Shown here piece after piece: positions 39,331 to 54,633 of a DNA stretch of 64,000 nucleotides; position 1 is the first letter of the stretch, and every line of letters starts with the position of its first letter. Source of the stretch: Eledone cirrhosa (Eukaryota); assembly GCA_964016885.1 (NCBI GenBank), contig OZ024740.1, forward strand, positions 29,326,001 through 29,390,000, written 5' to 3'. The notes beneath the pieces are model-generated. The model was not told where the DNA came from. It worked only from the letters and a program-made list of their open reading frames with translations, and made no database searches. Both the position numbers and the translations under genes were made by a program.

Positions 39331-39520
39331 AGGCGGTGGATTGGCAGTATCGATAGAGGGTCGGACGCCATGCTTTGGCGCAAAGAGTTACGGCCCTTTC
39401 ATTCTGAGTCCAAATCCCTCTGAGGTTAACTTTACCTTTCATCCTTACGGGATCGATAAAATAAAAGTACCAGTAATACACTGGGTAGTTGCTGGCCTTG
39501 TACCAAAAGTAGAAACAATT
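39331..39520 (+). mobile_element. tRNA-derived SINE, second family
   Basis: aggcggtggattggcag head, gagtccaaatccc B-box-like motif, ctttcatccttacgggatcgataaaataaagtaccag body; related copies at 46725-47355 and 49190-49405. Confidence 0.75.
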
Positions 39521-39522
39521 AT

Positions 39523-40131
<609 letters not shown>

Positions 40132-40723
40132 AATATTCTTTTTATTTGCGTTCTAGCCGAGGGGCTGAGGCCATGCTGGGGCATATATATGATCTCTTCT
40201 GGACCTATATACGGTATTCCCTGCTTGGATATTTATGTTATACGATTCAAAGGATTCCATCCAGTCAAACTCTCTGGTAAACAGTGTTCTTGCTTTAACA
40301 TTCATTCCGGATATACATAAACAAAACCTTATCTACCTTCACATTTCCTGCTCCCTACGATTGAGTCAAACCTGCTACTTACCAACACACCATGGAAAAA
40401 CACTACTTAGGCATTTCTCTAAAACATATACCATATCCTCACAATAATAATGTTTAACTTATTTACATTTTCCTAAACGAAGATCTCATTACTGAATTCT
40501 ACCTCGTAGTGAATAGTTGAATTCCCCCACTATAGGCTTTCTAATGAAGTGTAATAAATAATTAAGTATTGCATATGATTGAACAATATATATTGTAGTC
40601 AGCATATGTAGACAATTTATAATAGATACAGAAACATATGTTAAAGCAAATAAATTCATAATGTATTCACGCCGACGTATTATTTTTCTTGGTGCAATAC
40701 TTGCTTTTATATATATATATATA

Positions 40724-40809
<86 letters not shown>

Positions 40810-40810
<1 letters not shown>

Positions 40811-41000
40811 GAACAAGTATGACCCCGACGGCAGAGCTCAAGCCGTTTCGACGGCTAATTCTGTCCAGAATTAGCCGTCGAAACGGCTTGAGCTCTGCCG
40901 TCGGGGTCATACTTGTTCCTATTACCCACTCTACTACCCTAAGTATTGAGTACTTTGGTGCGTTATGGTCCATCTGGTTCCCTACCACATTTCCCTCGTC
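40810..41000. mobile_element. Family C mini foldback: 54-bp perfect palindrome with 2-nt spacer plus 80-bp extension
   Basis: 40810-40863 mirrors 40866-40919; (TA)n on both sides; right arm homologous to 8365-8487. Confidence 0.85.
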
Positions 41001-41010
41001 ATATATATAT

Positions 41011-41040
<30 letters not shown>

Positions 41041-41042
<2 letters not shown>

Positions 41043-41163
41043 CACATAAGAAACGGAGAATCAGTGTTGCGACGAATAAAATGTATTAGATATATTACAA
41101 TCGTTTCTCTGGCGACCAGCTCAAGGCACGATCAATGTAATGATTCTCCGTTTCTTATGTGAT
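41041..41163. repeat. 23-bp perfect inverted repeat with 77-bp spacer next to (TA)n
   Basis: atcacataagaaacggagaatca ... tgattctccgtttcttatgtgat. Confidence 0.85.
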
Positions 41164-41238
41164 ATCATACTCTGCTCTGTAAGAGCAGCGAGTGCTCAAA
41201 CGGCCTACCGCATGCGGACGCTTTAATAATACCACACC

Positions 41239-41374
<136 letters not shown>

Positions 41375-41523
41375 GTAGTGGACTGGCCAGGTCGTCAGCT
41401 CCCCTAATGACAAGTGCGCCACACGGGGGCCCACGGTAGTACTTGCAAAACGTTTGCTTTCAAAGAGAATATCAGAAGTCCTAGAAAAAGAATAAAAATT
41501 TAAAATAAAACAATTAGGGTCGA

Positions 41524-42142
41524 ATAAATTAACGGAGCCATAGACTCTCGTTATTCCCTGTCAATAATGTGCTCAAAGTAAAAGGAATCCTGAGCTCTTT
41601 AAAATACAATATGTTGAAAAGGTAACACACTAAAGAGAGATAGTGTGCCATCAATAAAACAGGTAAAAACCACCAGTGTATGGAATCTATAATCTATGGA
41701 AGGCAGGGTAGACACACAATAATTAAAAATATAAATTAAAATGTATATACGCACTTCTATAACTATATAACACACGTGTACATATCCAAAGAGATCTGTT
41801 TCGTCAGGAAGCTGTTGACTGAAATGGAATAGCCTATTGTTCATCAGCGCAAGACTATACATTCCAGACAACTCTAAGAGAATCTAAAGCGACCGTCCAG
41901 CTACACGCGGCAGAGAGATATCACAGCGTGTTTAGGGTAGTGAACCAGTGGTATCCGAGGGACCAGCTGCTAGTTCTAGAAAGGGCAGCCCAAAAACCAC
42001 TCAAAGAAGTGTGCTCAACCAAACAGAGAGAGAGGAAAGACTGTTACAAGGAGCGAAATATCCCGATAAATTAACGGAGCCATAGACTCTCGTTATTCCC
42101 TGTCAATAATGTGCTCAAAGGAAAAGGAATCTTGAGCTCTTT
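41524..42142. repeat. 77-bp direct repeat (41524-41600 and 42066-42142) in a TA-bounded insert
   Basis: ataaattaacggagccatagactctcgttattccctgtcaataatgtgctcaaag... occurs twice with 2 mismatches. Confidence 0.85.
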
Positions 42143-42270
<128 letters not shown>

Positions 42271-42534
42271 GTGAAGCTCATCATCGTAATGAACATCACC
42301 ATCATAATTATCCTTAATATAATTAATTATCTACATGTAAGCCATTCGCCAATCATCATCATCACCATGGTCATCGTCATCATCATCATCATCATCATCA
42401 ACAACAACAATGTCATCACTGATATCTTTATAACACACCTCCATCATTTTCCCCTCTGTACTAGAGATGTCTATTCTATATATTAATATAGTCTCTCATA
42501 CTCCATTTTTTTGCATTATATACCGCCAACTACT

Positions 42535-42765
42535 ATATATGTGTGTGTATAGTTGTGTGTGTGTATAGTTATGTGTGTGTATAGTTGTGTGTGTGTATAG
42601 TTATGTGTGTGTATAGTTGTGTGTGTGTATAGTTATGTGTGTGTATAGTTGTGTGTGTGTATAGTTGTGTGTGTGTATAGTTGTGTGTGTGTATAGTTAT
42701 GTGTGTGTATAGTTGTGTGTGTGTATAGTTATGTGTGTGTATAGTTGTGTGTGTGTATAGTTGTG
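42535..42765. repeat. 16-bp minisatellite (tatagtt[g/a]tgtgtgtg)n
   Basis: About 14 tandem copies. Confidence 0.9.
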
Positions 42766-42793
42766 TGATTGAGAGAGAGATAAAATCTGTATA

Positions 42794-42837
<44 letters not shown>

Positions 42838-42968
42838 TATATATATATTTATATATACAGACTCTATCTCACAAGCTCACTCAAACATACACAATATATA
42901 TATATATATGTTGAGTCTGTTTGAGAGAGAGAGTCTGTATATATATATATAGACTCTTGCTCACACAT

Positions 42969-43045
<77 letters not shown>

Positions 43046-43047
43046 TA

Positions 43048-43175
<128 letters not shown>

Positions 43176-43753
43176 TATACATATACATATATATATGCAC
43201 ATATATATACATGTATATATATATACACACACACATATACACACACATATATATACACAGACTGATACATATATATACACACACACATATATATATATAT
43301 ATTTACATAAACATGAAAGAGGAGAAAATACCATTCAACTGTTTAAAGGAAAAAGGGAAAAAATAAATAATTAAATTAATAAATAAATGAGAATAAAGAT
43401 GAGAGGATGTGTGATGTGTGATTTGGGTGAAAGGAGGGGGGCGTTGGAGGTGGCAGGATCGAGCCTGGGTCGAATAAGTGGGTGGGCAATACTGGAATAA
43501 AACATTAAGAATCGGTATAGAAAAGCGAATTAGATAGAAATTCAGTTAAGCTGAACTCTTCAACAAACATCGAACGTAATCACGTGATAATTTGATTGGT
43601 TTCTGGTCAGAAATGGCGGCTAGATTGTAACATTAACAGTCACAAATATGTATATACACCTACAGACATCATATTAAGCAAACCCGCCATATATCAGACA
43701 TACCTTGAATATATATACATATATATATATATTTACATATATATATATATGTG

Positions 43754-43799
<46 letters not shown>

Positions 43800-43849
43800 T
43801 GTGTATGTGCACGTGTGTGTGTATTTGTATATATATATATATATATACG

Positions 43850-43884
<35 letters not shown>

Positions 43885-43955
43885 ATTTACATATATGTGT
43901 GTTGAGTGTGTGTATGTGCACGTGTGTGTGTATTTGTATATATATATATATATAC

Positions 43956-44730
<775 letters not shown>

Positions 44731-44757
44731 TGCAAACTTGACTGTCACCACATATTA

Positions 44758-44796
44758 TGAACCTGAAGATTGCGAAAGCATGAAAGTACTTGTTCA
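44758..44796 (+). ncRNA. Compact 39-nt hammerhead ribozyme (family F)
   Basis: tgaac CTGAAGA t tgc GAAA gca t GAAA GTAC TT^ gttca: 5-bp stem I, GNRA-capped stem II, palindromic AAGTACTT stem III. Confidence 0.85.
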
Positions 44797-44958
44797 ATTA
44801 ACACTTAGAATTTAATATTCTATCATACTATTTCATTATAATACCATTATAAATTTTAAAGGATTGTAAATAAAACGAGTAAATCAGACAAAGTTGGAAT
44901 TCCTCTTATTAATATAATCTTCTATACACAATCATACACACTCGTGTATATTTATCTA

Positions 44959-45005
<47 letters not shown>

Positions 45006-45136
45006 AAAAAGAGATGAAATCGAAAATGCAACTGAAGTCTTATTTAAAAAAAATATATATATATTTATTTGGTTCCTTTACCGGTTTCGCAGTTCTTCTG
45101 CTTTTCAAAAGGTGAGTTGAGATGGAGGGTCTGTGG

Positions 45137-45228
<92 letters not shown>

Positions 45229-46100
45229 GAGAAGAAAGAAGAATACTGCGTGGTTGAATATGGATTACATATGATAAAAATAGTCCTTCGTCAGTGATTT
45301 TCCAACCATCATTGGTATTTCATCGCATTAAAAATCATATACCTCAGGTTGGAGCGAGCAATAACTAAAAAAAGTTATTGGGACCAGTAAATCGCGTAAA
45401 GCGAGTGAGACAAGTAAACAACATAGAAGGATAAAAGCAAACCAAAGATAGGAAAAAAAACAAGCAACATGGTTGTCCGGTCAGCATAAACTGGGTGGAT
45501 TTCATGAGCGAGAGGTACAGACCGTCCGCGTGAGTGAGATGTAAGCAAGAAGAGAACCCACACAGGCCAAACTGGAGGAAGTGAGAAGGGGAGAAACAGA
45601 GAGTCAGTGAGTGGAAGTGCGAGGAAGAGGTCAGTCGAGAGAAAGTGTAACTGACAGAGGGGGCGAAAGAAGATATATTGTTATGCTTTTGGGTTGGGTC
45701 AATTCAGAAACGAAATATATATATATATATATATACACACGCACACATATATATATATACAGTATATATACGACATTCGTCTTCCTGCTCTCTCGTTTTA
45801 TATCCTCTACTATCTTTCCTTTTCTCTCTCTTTCTCTCCTTCTCTCCTCCCTCTCCCCCACCATCTCTCTCTCACTCTTCCCCTCTCTCTCACTCTTTGA
45901 GTATATATATATATATATGTATGTATGCATGAAGTAAACGGAAACAACGAAGCAATGAACGTGTGTGAGTATGTGTGTATATGAGTGTATATATATCTCT
46001 GTGTGTCTGTGCCTTTGTGTGTGTGTGTGTATATTTGTGTATGTGTATGTATGAGTGTATATATAAATGTGTGTGTGTATATGTGTGTGTGTGTGTGCCT

Positions 46101-46131
<31 letters not shown>

Positions 46132-46399
46132 ATGCGTGTATATATCTATATATATATATGTGCGTGTGTGTGTCTATGTGTGTGTGTGTGTGCCTTCTGT
46201 GTGTGTTTATTTGTGTATGTGTATGTATGAGTGTATATATCTATATATATGTGTGTGTGTCTATGTGTGTGTGTGTGTGTATAGGTGTGTTGAGACCAAT
46301 ATAAGATATGACACATCATTGGTGTGAAGACAGTGTTGACCAAGCTGCTCCAATTCCCCAGTCAGGTCACTGGTGTTGTACTAGTATAATCATAGTGAA

Positions 46400-46545
46400 G
46401 GCTCGTGGCTTAGTGGTTAGAGCATTGGGCTTGCAATCGAAAGGTTGTGAGTTTAATTCTGGGACTGGGTGATGTGTTGTTTCCTTGAGCAAGACACTTT
46501 ATTTCACGTTGCTTCAGTTTACTCAGCTGTAGAAATGAGATGATA
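46400..46545 (+). mobile_element. tRNA-derived SINE fragment
   Basis: gtggcttagtggttagagc A box; ccttgagcaagacactttatttcacgttgc body. Confidence 0.75.
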
Positions 46546-46724
46546 GGGACTGGAGTCCCTATCATTAAATCTCCCAAGACACCTCCAACGTGATATACCT
46601 TGGAGGAGGCCAGCTAAACCTGGATAGGTGGGAACTGTCACAACAACATAATCATAGTACTTTGTATGAAAGTATAAGACAGTCGTTTACTCTTTGTAGC
46701 GTAGAGTTATGATCCTTTACAGTC

Positions 46725-47355
46725 TAAATTCAAATCCGGCCCAGGTTAACTTTGCATTTCATCCTTACGGGAGACGATAAAATAAAGTACCAGTAATGCG
46801 CTGGGTTAATTGCTGGCCTTGTGCCAAAAGTAGAAACAATTATTATAGTACTTTGTTTGATAGTATGACAAGAAGGCAAATTGGCAGAGTGGTTAAGACG
46901 TCTGATACGATGGTTGTAGTCGTCCCACCTCGTGGCGTTGTTCAACTTTGCCTTTCATCCTTTCGAGGTCGATGAAAAAGTACCAGTCATGTACTGGGAT
47001 TCTTCCTCTATAGAAACATCAGCTGTGTTCAGACCTGGAGAAGGTTGGGTTCCGCCGGATTTTAATGTGCCCTAGACACGTCCTATGATGGTGCTTCTAC
47101 GACCCCACGAGAGGAGTTATGGAATCTTTATCCTTATACCTTTATCACAAGGCAGCCAGTATTTTACTGCGGTGGATTGGCAGTACCGGTAGAGGGTCGG
47201 ACGCCATGCTTTCCAGCATAGTTACGTCCCTTTATGATCTGAGTTCAAATCCCGCCGAGGTTGACTTTGCCTTTCATCCTTACGGGGTCAATAAAATAAA
47301 GTACCAGTAATACGCTGCGTAATTGCTGGCCTTGTGCCAAAAGTAGAAACAATTA
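46725..47355 (+). mobile_element. Cluster of three second-family SINE copies or fragments
   Basis: Repeated gactttgcctttcatcctt.cggggtc.ataaaataaagtaccag motif at ~46750, ~46945 and ~47265. Confidence 0.75.
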
Positions 47356-47877
47356 TATGCAGCGGTATGGTGAATTGAAAAGTTCACCTCGTCAGGATTT
47401 GGGATACGTGTGAACTATGTGTTTGTGTTTGTGTGTGAGAGAGAGAGTGTGTGAGTGAGTGTGTGTGGGTGTGTTTCTGTGTTTTTCTTGGTGTTCTTGT
47501 GTTTTTGTATTTGTATGAGTTTTGTGTATGTGTGTGTATGTGTATGTATTTCTGTGCTTTTCTTTGTGTGTGTGTTTTTGTTTGTGCGTGCGTTTGTGTG
47601 TGTATGTCTGTGTCTTTGTGTTTGTGTACGTGTGTATGTATGTGTGTTTGTGTACATGTTTGTGTGAGTATATGCGTGTGTGTGTTTGTGTGTGTGTATG
47701 TATGTATGTGTTTGTGTGTATGTGTTTGTGTGTATGTGTGTATGTGTGTGTCTATGTGTTTGTATGTATGTGTGTATGTGTGTGTGTATGTGAGAGAGAG
47801 AAAGTGAGACCTGTTTATCCTCCACATAGTGACCTCTCCCTTTCTCAATTCAGCTTCTTATATATCACTCTTTCCCT

Positions 47878-47919
<42 letters not shown>

Positions 47920-48149
47920 TTCACTCTCTCTCTCTCTCTTTCACTCTCACTCTCACTCTCTCTTTCCCTTTCACACACTCTCTCTCTCTCTTTCCCTTTC
48001 ACTAACTCCCTATTTCACTCACACTCTCTCTCTCCCTCCCTATCTCTCTCTCTCCCTCTCCCTCTCAGACTCACCTCCGCCTACTTCCTCTACTTTACCA
48101 AATGTAATCACATCAAGTACAATAATTCATTATCACACAACAAATGGTT

Positions 48150-48530
48150 CCCAACCACCACCACCACCACCACCACCACTACTACTACTACTACCACCAC
48201 CACTACCACCACCACCACCACTACCACCACCACCACTGCCACCACCACCACCACCACTACTACCACCACTAATACCACTACCACCACCACTACTACTACC
48301 ACCACCACCACTACCACTACCACCACCTCCACTACCACCACCACATACACCACCATAACTACCATAACCACCATAACCACCAACACCACCACCACCATCA
48401 CTACTACCACCACCACCACTACCACCACCACCACCACCACCACAAACACCACCACCACTACCACCACCACCACCACCAATACCATCACCACCATACCACC
48501 ACCAACAACACCACCACCACCACTACTACA
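48150..48530. repeat. (CCA/CTA)n trinucleotide repeat
   Basis: Direct inspection. Confidence 0.9.
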
Positions 48531-48776
48531 TCTATTCATATGAATACATGCACTTATACACACGTACATACACACATCTATACGTGTGCACACACACACT
48601 CACACACTCACACACTCACACACTTAACATAATACTCTTTCCCTCCCCCTACCGACAAGCCCACTGTCCCCATCCATTGACCAATCAAAATCTTCATTTC
48701 AATAGCTGGGTCTCCTTTAGATGCCACTTCACAACACACAAGTGAAGAGATTTCATCTTCCCCTCTCCTTTGTCCA

Positions 48777-48864
<88 letters not shown>

Positions 48865-49189
48865 TTACAGCCAAAGTAGTAGGGGTGGGGTTAGTGCGGT
48901 TAGTGGTTGGTTGGATGAAGAACTTGTTGAAGGTTGTATTTCTATGGCTACATGAATGATGGACAGACAATTGAACTCCTTTCTCTTTTCTAAAATATAA
49001 CTAAAGAAAAATTGAGAGAGCAACCACTTCATGACCAATATTTAGCAGAACTCCACAGAGAGGAAGTAAGCCTGAGTAAAAGGCAATAATGCCTCAAAAG
49101 CTCTGGGCTAAAAGCTGAAACGGAAGGTCGAATGTGAGCTGCGTAGAATCAATCCTTAATAACAATTAACTATATGAATAAAATAATTT

Positions 49190-49405
49190 TTTCCTCTTTA
49201 GACACAAGGCCAGTCATTCGAAGGGGATGGGAGAGTCGATTATATCAACCCCAGTGAATTACTGGTACTTTATTTTATCGGCGCCGTAATGATGAAAAAC
49301 AAATCTAACCTCGGCAGGATTCTAAATCAGATCGTAAAGCGACGTAACCCTATGCCATAAAACATATTGTCCGGCGCTCTACTGATACTGCCATTCCACC
49401 GCCCT
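49190..49405 (-). mobile_element. Second-family SINE
   Basis: Reverse complement of the 39331/47168 SINE head and body. Confidence 0.7.
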
Positions 49406-49559
49406 AGGTGAACAAAATCATGAAAACACTAAGTGCTTAACATTAAATATAGACAATGAAACAGTTCAATATAATGTAAGCTCTCTATTCTCGGTTCTTG
49501 CAAGGTTTTAGTATATCTACAGTCATATCCACTAGACAATATGTCAACACTTTAATGTG

Positions 49560-49900
49560 TAAATGGACAAGCCCATGGATGTTATCCAACCATCTTGCTC
49601 ATGGTCTACGTCCGGGTCACCTGCCGGGTTAGTTTTGCCCGTAAAATCTGCCCAGCGATTCTTTCCCGAGACATTCTAACCACATGCCCAATGATACAGA
49701 GCTGTGATCTCTCAATTCAGAGATGTAGGGGCTCTGCCTGGAGTGACTCTTGATCTACGAGCTATGCACTCTCTCGAGTAACGTTACTTCAAAGATCCCC
49801 TTCGGAGGAAGCCCATTTCGGCCGCTTGTATTCGCGGTCGTATTCTTTCGGTCAATATCCAAGATTCATGACCATAGGTAAGAGTTGGCACGAGTACCTG
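49560..49900 (-). mobile_element. RTE-clade LINE fragment
   Basis: LVPTLTYGHESW.LT.R.R.RIQAAEMGFLRR; homologous to 13745-14030. Confidence 0.8.
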
Positions 49901-50499
49901 CAACATGTGATGGCTGCCAAGAAATAACGTATTTACTCGAATATAAGTCGAGGAATATGTAACCAAATCATCGATGGTCAATGTTTTAATGACTTTCACT
50001 GACATAATGGTAGTCTATTTGTCCGACAAACGACCGGTGTGGATTCGACTTCCGTGTGTGCTGAAACCCATCTGTTTCCCTTCCCCATTATTAAGCTATA
50101 TTATACCCAAAAATATTACGGTGAAGCTTCTATTTCTATTTCAATTCCAAACTATTTTTTCTTTTATTAAATTGTTTCAAATCTCTAGATTTTATTGAAT
50201 ATCATACTCTATCCTTCTCTTTATATAACCACATTTCTCAATTATGGTGTATTCCCCTTGTTTTTGGTTCCTCAATTCGACTTTACAATTTCAGAAGCTT
50301 ACTACTCATTTCAATTTATCATCTATTGTTTTCATCACTTTTCGTACATCTTCTGTATGTCTTCATGTTCATAGTCTATTGTTGGAACATTCACTTGTAC
50401 GGCTGTCAGACATGTTACTCACTTTGAGTATAATATGACATTTACTACATGAACTGTTACTTCAACCTCCACACAAGTCAGTATATTATCCCAATTGTA

Positions 50500-52050
50500 C
50501 AGGATTTTCCTCAAAATCAAATAAAACAAAATGGAAAGTGACTTAGACAGAAGTCAACCAATAAACAGGAAGAAATGATATACAACGAATCATTTTCAAC
50601 CAAGAAATAAAGTAATTTAAAAGTTAAACTAGTGTTAATAAGATCTTAACAAGGTTACATAGACTATGAAAGACTGTTACTCTATAAAGCATAAGGCCTT
50701 CTTGGAAGCCCTCATCACAATAAGCATAAATCTTACAACAATTAAGATACACCTAATGAAGATTGTTCGGAAATGGTGTCCTAAAATCTTTACAAGTATA
50801 CTGCAAGAATGTTCAAGAAAATAATAGACTTGAAGTTTTAATAAATGGAAACACTTAACAGAGCTAAGTTTTGCAGACGACATTGCAATCACTTAGTTAA
50901 GGAATTGGGACAACGGAGCCAAGTAAATAGGGCAATTAAAAAAGTAATGTAGAACATTCACAGGAAAAAGACAGGCTGCAAAGAAGATAAATATAGGAAG
51001 AGATAAGGTGAGAAGATACTGTAATAGAGAAAGTGGATAATTACAAATATCTAGGCCAGATATTTAACATGTCAAATACAGAAGAGTTGAAAACAAGAAT
51101 AATGGCTGTATGGAATTGTTTTAAAAGGTAAGTAATTTATTTTACAACAAACGATTGCTATTATTATTGAAAAGAAAAGTGTTGAAGCAATGCATGTTAC
51201 CAACAGTGGTATGGGGAAGAGCGGAAGGAAGGGAGTGGGCTAAAGGCTGGAAGGGAAAATTTGACTAATAGTCATGGGAAGACTAATATTAGGTGTGAAG
51301 AGAAAAGAAGGTGAGAGTAAGAGATTTATTTCAGAATATAGTAAAATAACTTGTATGTAGGATACTGAGCCAGAGAAGAGGACAATAGATGGACGAACAG
51401 GACTACGGAGTAGATACTACCAGAGACAGTGAAGGGGGTGGAGACCTGGACTACGGAGTAGATACTACCAGAGACAGTGAAATGGGTGGAGACCTGGACT
51501 ACGGAGTAGATACTACCAGAGACAGTGAAGGGGGTGGAGACCTGGACTACGGAGTAGATACTACCAGAGACAGTGAAGGGGGTGGAGACCTGGACTACGG
51601 AGTAGATACTACCAGAGACAGAGAAGGGGGTGGAGACCTGGACTACGGAGTAGATACTACCAGAGACAGAGAAGGGGGTGGAGACCTGGACTACGGAGTA
51701 GATACTACCAGAGACAGAGAAGGGGGTGGAGACCTGGACTACGGAGTAGATACTACCAGAGACAGAGAAGGGGGTGGAGACCTGGACTACGGAGTAGATA
51801 CTACCAGAGACAGAGAAGGGGGTGGAGACCTGGACTACGGAGTAGATACTACCAGAGACAGAGAAGGGGGTGGAGACCTGGACTACGGAGTAGATACTAC
51901 CAGAGACAGAGAAGGGGTGGAGATCTGGACTACGGAGTAGATACTACCAGAGACAGTGAAGGGGTGGAGATGGGGGTGGGAGACCACATAAAGAATATAT
52001 GAAAGCAATCAAGGGAGGTGCAATACCAGTTTGGACTAAAATAGTAATGG
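50500..52050 (+). mobile_element. Decayed RTE-like LINE RT/3' region
   Basis: LTELSFADDIA, VDNYKYLG and LKRKV..QC.LP fragments; RWT.R.TE-W motif at ~51387. Confidence 0.65.
51400..51970 (+). repeat. 48-bp tandem repeat, ~12 near-identical copies
   Basis: ggactacggagtagatactaccagagacag[t/a]gaagggggtggagacct. Confidence 0.95.
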
Positions 52051-52155
52051 ACAGGAAGGAATGGATGGGGCTTGAAGTGGGATACGCCCGGTGGGGGGGG
52101 GGGGTGCAATATTCTAAAGAAAGAAGCCAGAAAGAAGGAAAGAAGGAAAGGACGA

Positions 52156-52199
<44 letters not shown>

Positions 52200-52596
52200 G
52201 AGAAAGAAAGAGAGAAAGAAAGAAAGAAAGAAAGACAACGAAAAAGTGAAAGAAATAAAACAGAAAAAAAGAACGAAAGTCGTGGCTGACCTACTGTCAC
52301 TTCAGACCATATCTTAAGTTAATAAAAGCAACTGAATGAACGCAGCATCTAAATTAATTTCACTTCTTCCCTACCAACCACCTCAATGAAGCAATGATTG
52401 TCTGCAACAACACAATGTCTTAAAGTCACCTTATATTTTCTATATTACTTCAACTGTTTGGCCAGACAACTTTTATAAGCAGCCACAATCGAAGTTTAAT
52501 AGAATTTTTTGGTCTGTGAAACGGTTGACTTGTTCAATGTATTGGAGACTAAATTATTTCATAATTTCTCGGTTCAGATCAGCTTGCTGGCACATA

Positions 52597-53834
52597 TGTT
52601 GTTGTTGTTATAGTTGTTGTTGTGGTGGTTGTGGTGGTTGTGGTGTTGCTGCTGCTGTTGTTGTGGTTGTTGTTGGTTGCTGCTGTTGTTGTTGTTGTGG
52701 TGGTGGTGGTGGTTGCTGCTGCTGCTGTTGTTGTAATGGTGGTGGTTGCTGCTGCTGCTGCTGTTGTGGTGGTGGTGGTTGCTGCTGCTGCTGTTGTTGT
52801 TGTGGTGGTGGTTGCTGCTGCTGCTGCTGTTGTTGTGGTGGTGGTTGCTGCTGCTGCTGTTGTTGTTGTGGTGGTGGTTGCTGTTGTTGTTGTTGTTGTG
52901 GTGGTTGCTGCTGCTGCTGCTGCTGTTGTTGTGGTGGTGGTTGCTGCTGCTGCTGCTGCTGCTGTTGTTGTGGTGGTGGTTGTTGCTGCTGCTGGTGCTG
53001 TTGTTGTGGTGGTGGTTGCTGCTGTTGTTGTTGTGGTGGTGGTGGTGGTGGTTGATGTTGTTGTTGTTTTGGTTGTGGTTGGTGTTGTTGTTGTTGTGGT
53101 TGTTGTCGTTGCAGTTGTGGTGGTGGTTGCTGTTGTTGTTGTTGTTGTTGTTGTGGTTGCTGCTGCTGTTGTTGTTGTTGTGGTTGTTGTTGATGCTACT
53201 GCTGCTGCTGTTGTTGTTGTTATTGTTGTCATTGTTGGTTGTGGTGGTGGTCTTGTTGTAGTCGTCATTGTTGTTGATGTCATTGTCGTTATTGTCGTTG
53301 TTATTGTTATTGTTGCTGTTGTTGTTGTTATATTTGTTAATGTTGGTTGTGGTCTTCCTGTTGTTGTAATTGTCATTCTTGCTGCAGTGGTGGTGGTGGT
53401 GGTTGTGGTGGTTGTGGTTGTGGTGGTGGTCGATGTGGTCGTTGTGGTGGTTGTGGTCGTTGTGGTGGTGGTGGTGGTGGTGGTGGTGGTGGTGGTAGTG
53501 GTTTTAGTGGTGGTGGTGGTGGTGGTGGTGGTGGTGTTAGTGGTTGTAGTGGTGGTGGTGGTGGTTGTGGTGGTGGTGGTGGTGGTTGTGGTGGTGGTAG
53601 TTTTGGTGGTGGTGGTGGTGGTGGTGGTTGTGGTTGTGGTGGTGGTTGTGGTGGTGGTGGTGGTTCTGGTGGTGGTGGTGGTTGTCAGTGGGAGTGATGT
53701 GATGGTGGTGATTTTGTTGTTGTTGTTGCCTTTGATTACACCCTCCTCCCCTAGATGTCAACTCTGATCAAGCGAGAAACTTTCTGGAATGTCCAATAAA
53801 ATCAATTAGCGTGAGGAAGTAGAATGTGTAATAT

Positions 53835-53925
<91 letters not shown>

Positions 53926-53937
53926 TAGTAGTAGTAA

Positions 53938-53994
<57 letters not shown>

Positions 53995-54072
53995 AAGCAG
54001 CAGCAGCAGTAGTAGTATTAGAAGCAGTAGTAGTATTAGAAGAAGAAGAAGAAGAAGAAGAAGAAGAAGAAG

Positions 54073-54101
<29 letters not shown>
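52597..54101. repeat. Compound trinucleotide repeats (GTT/GGT/GCT)n, then (TAG)n/(CAG)n/(AAG)n
   Basis: Direct inspection; source of the poly-V/T/C/G pseudo-ORFs. Confidence 0.9.
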
Positions 54102-54103
<2 letters not shown>

Positions 54104-54633
54104 GACTAGTACTGAAGTAGAGAGGAAGTGGATAAAGACACAACCTCGCCAGAATTATCCCAAATTTTAATTTGGAAGTAAACCTAATGTAAAATACCTC
54201 CTGTCACCATGCCGTTCTTTATTTTCCCGACACGGTATATATTTAACCCTTCAGTTCAGAACTGTCTCACCTCTTTCTGTTCAAACTGGCTGTAACTGGC
54301 CACTCATGCCTATATTAAGGTATTGTTCTCGAAATAAATAACATCAAAATTCAATATCTCGTAGATTCCATATTATGTGAGATAATTATGTAAGATAAAG
54401 TGTTTACCATGAAGATACAATAGTAAATATAGAATAATGTAAATGCTAAAGGCTTAAGATTACCTTATTTAATATGGTAGGCTGTTATGTTAGAGAGAAT
54501 TTGGTTGCTATTTCTAACAAATCTAGTAACAATATATAAGCTTCATATATGTTTACGTACAAGTCTCATTACATCGCAATATTCTATGCTGCCTTAGTTC
54601 TCCCAGTTTTTCTTTTTTACTGCACATCCCTAG

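Noticed and set aside
51389-51940. 183-aa DYGVDTTRD repeat protein
   Set aside because: The open frame follows from a 48-bp unit with no stop in one frame, and it lies within a decayed LINE.
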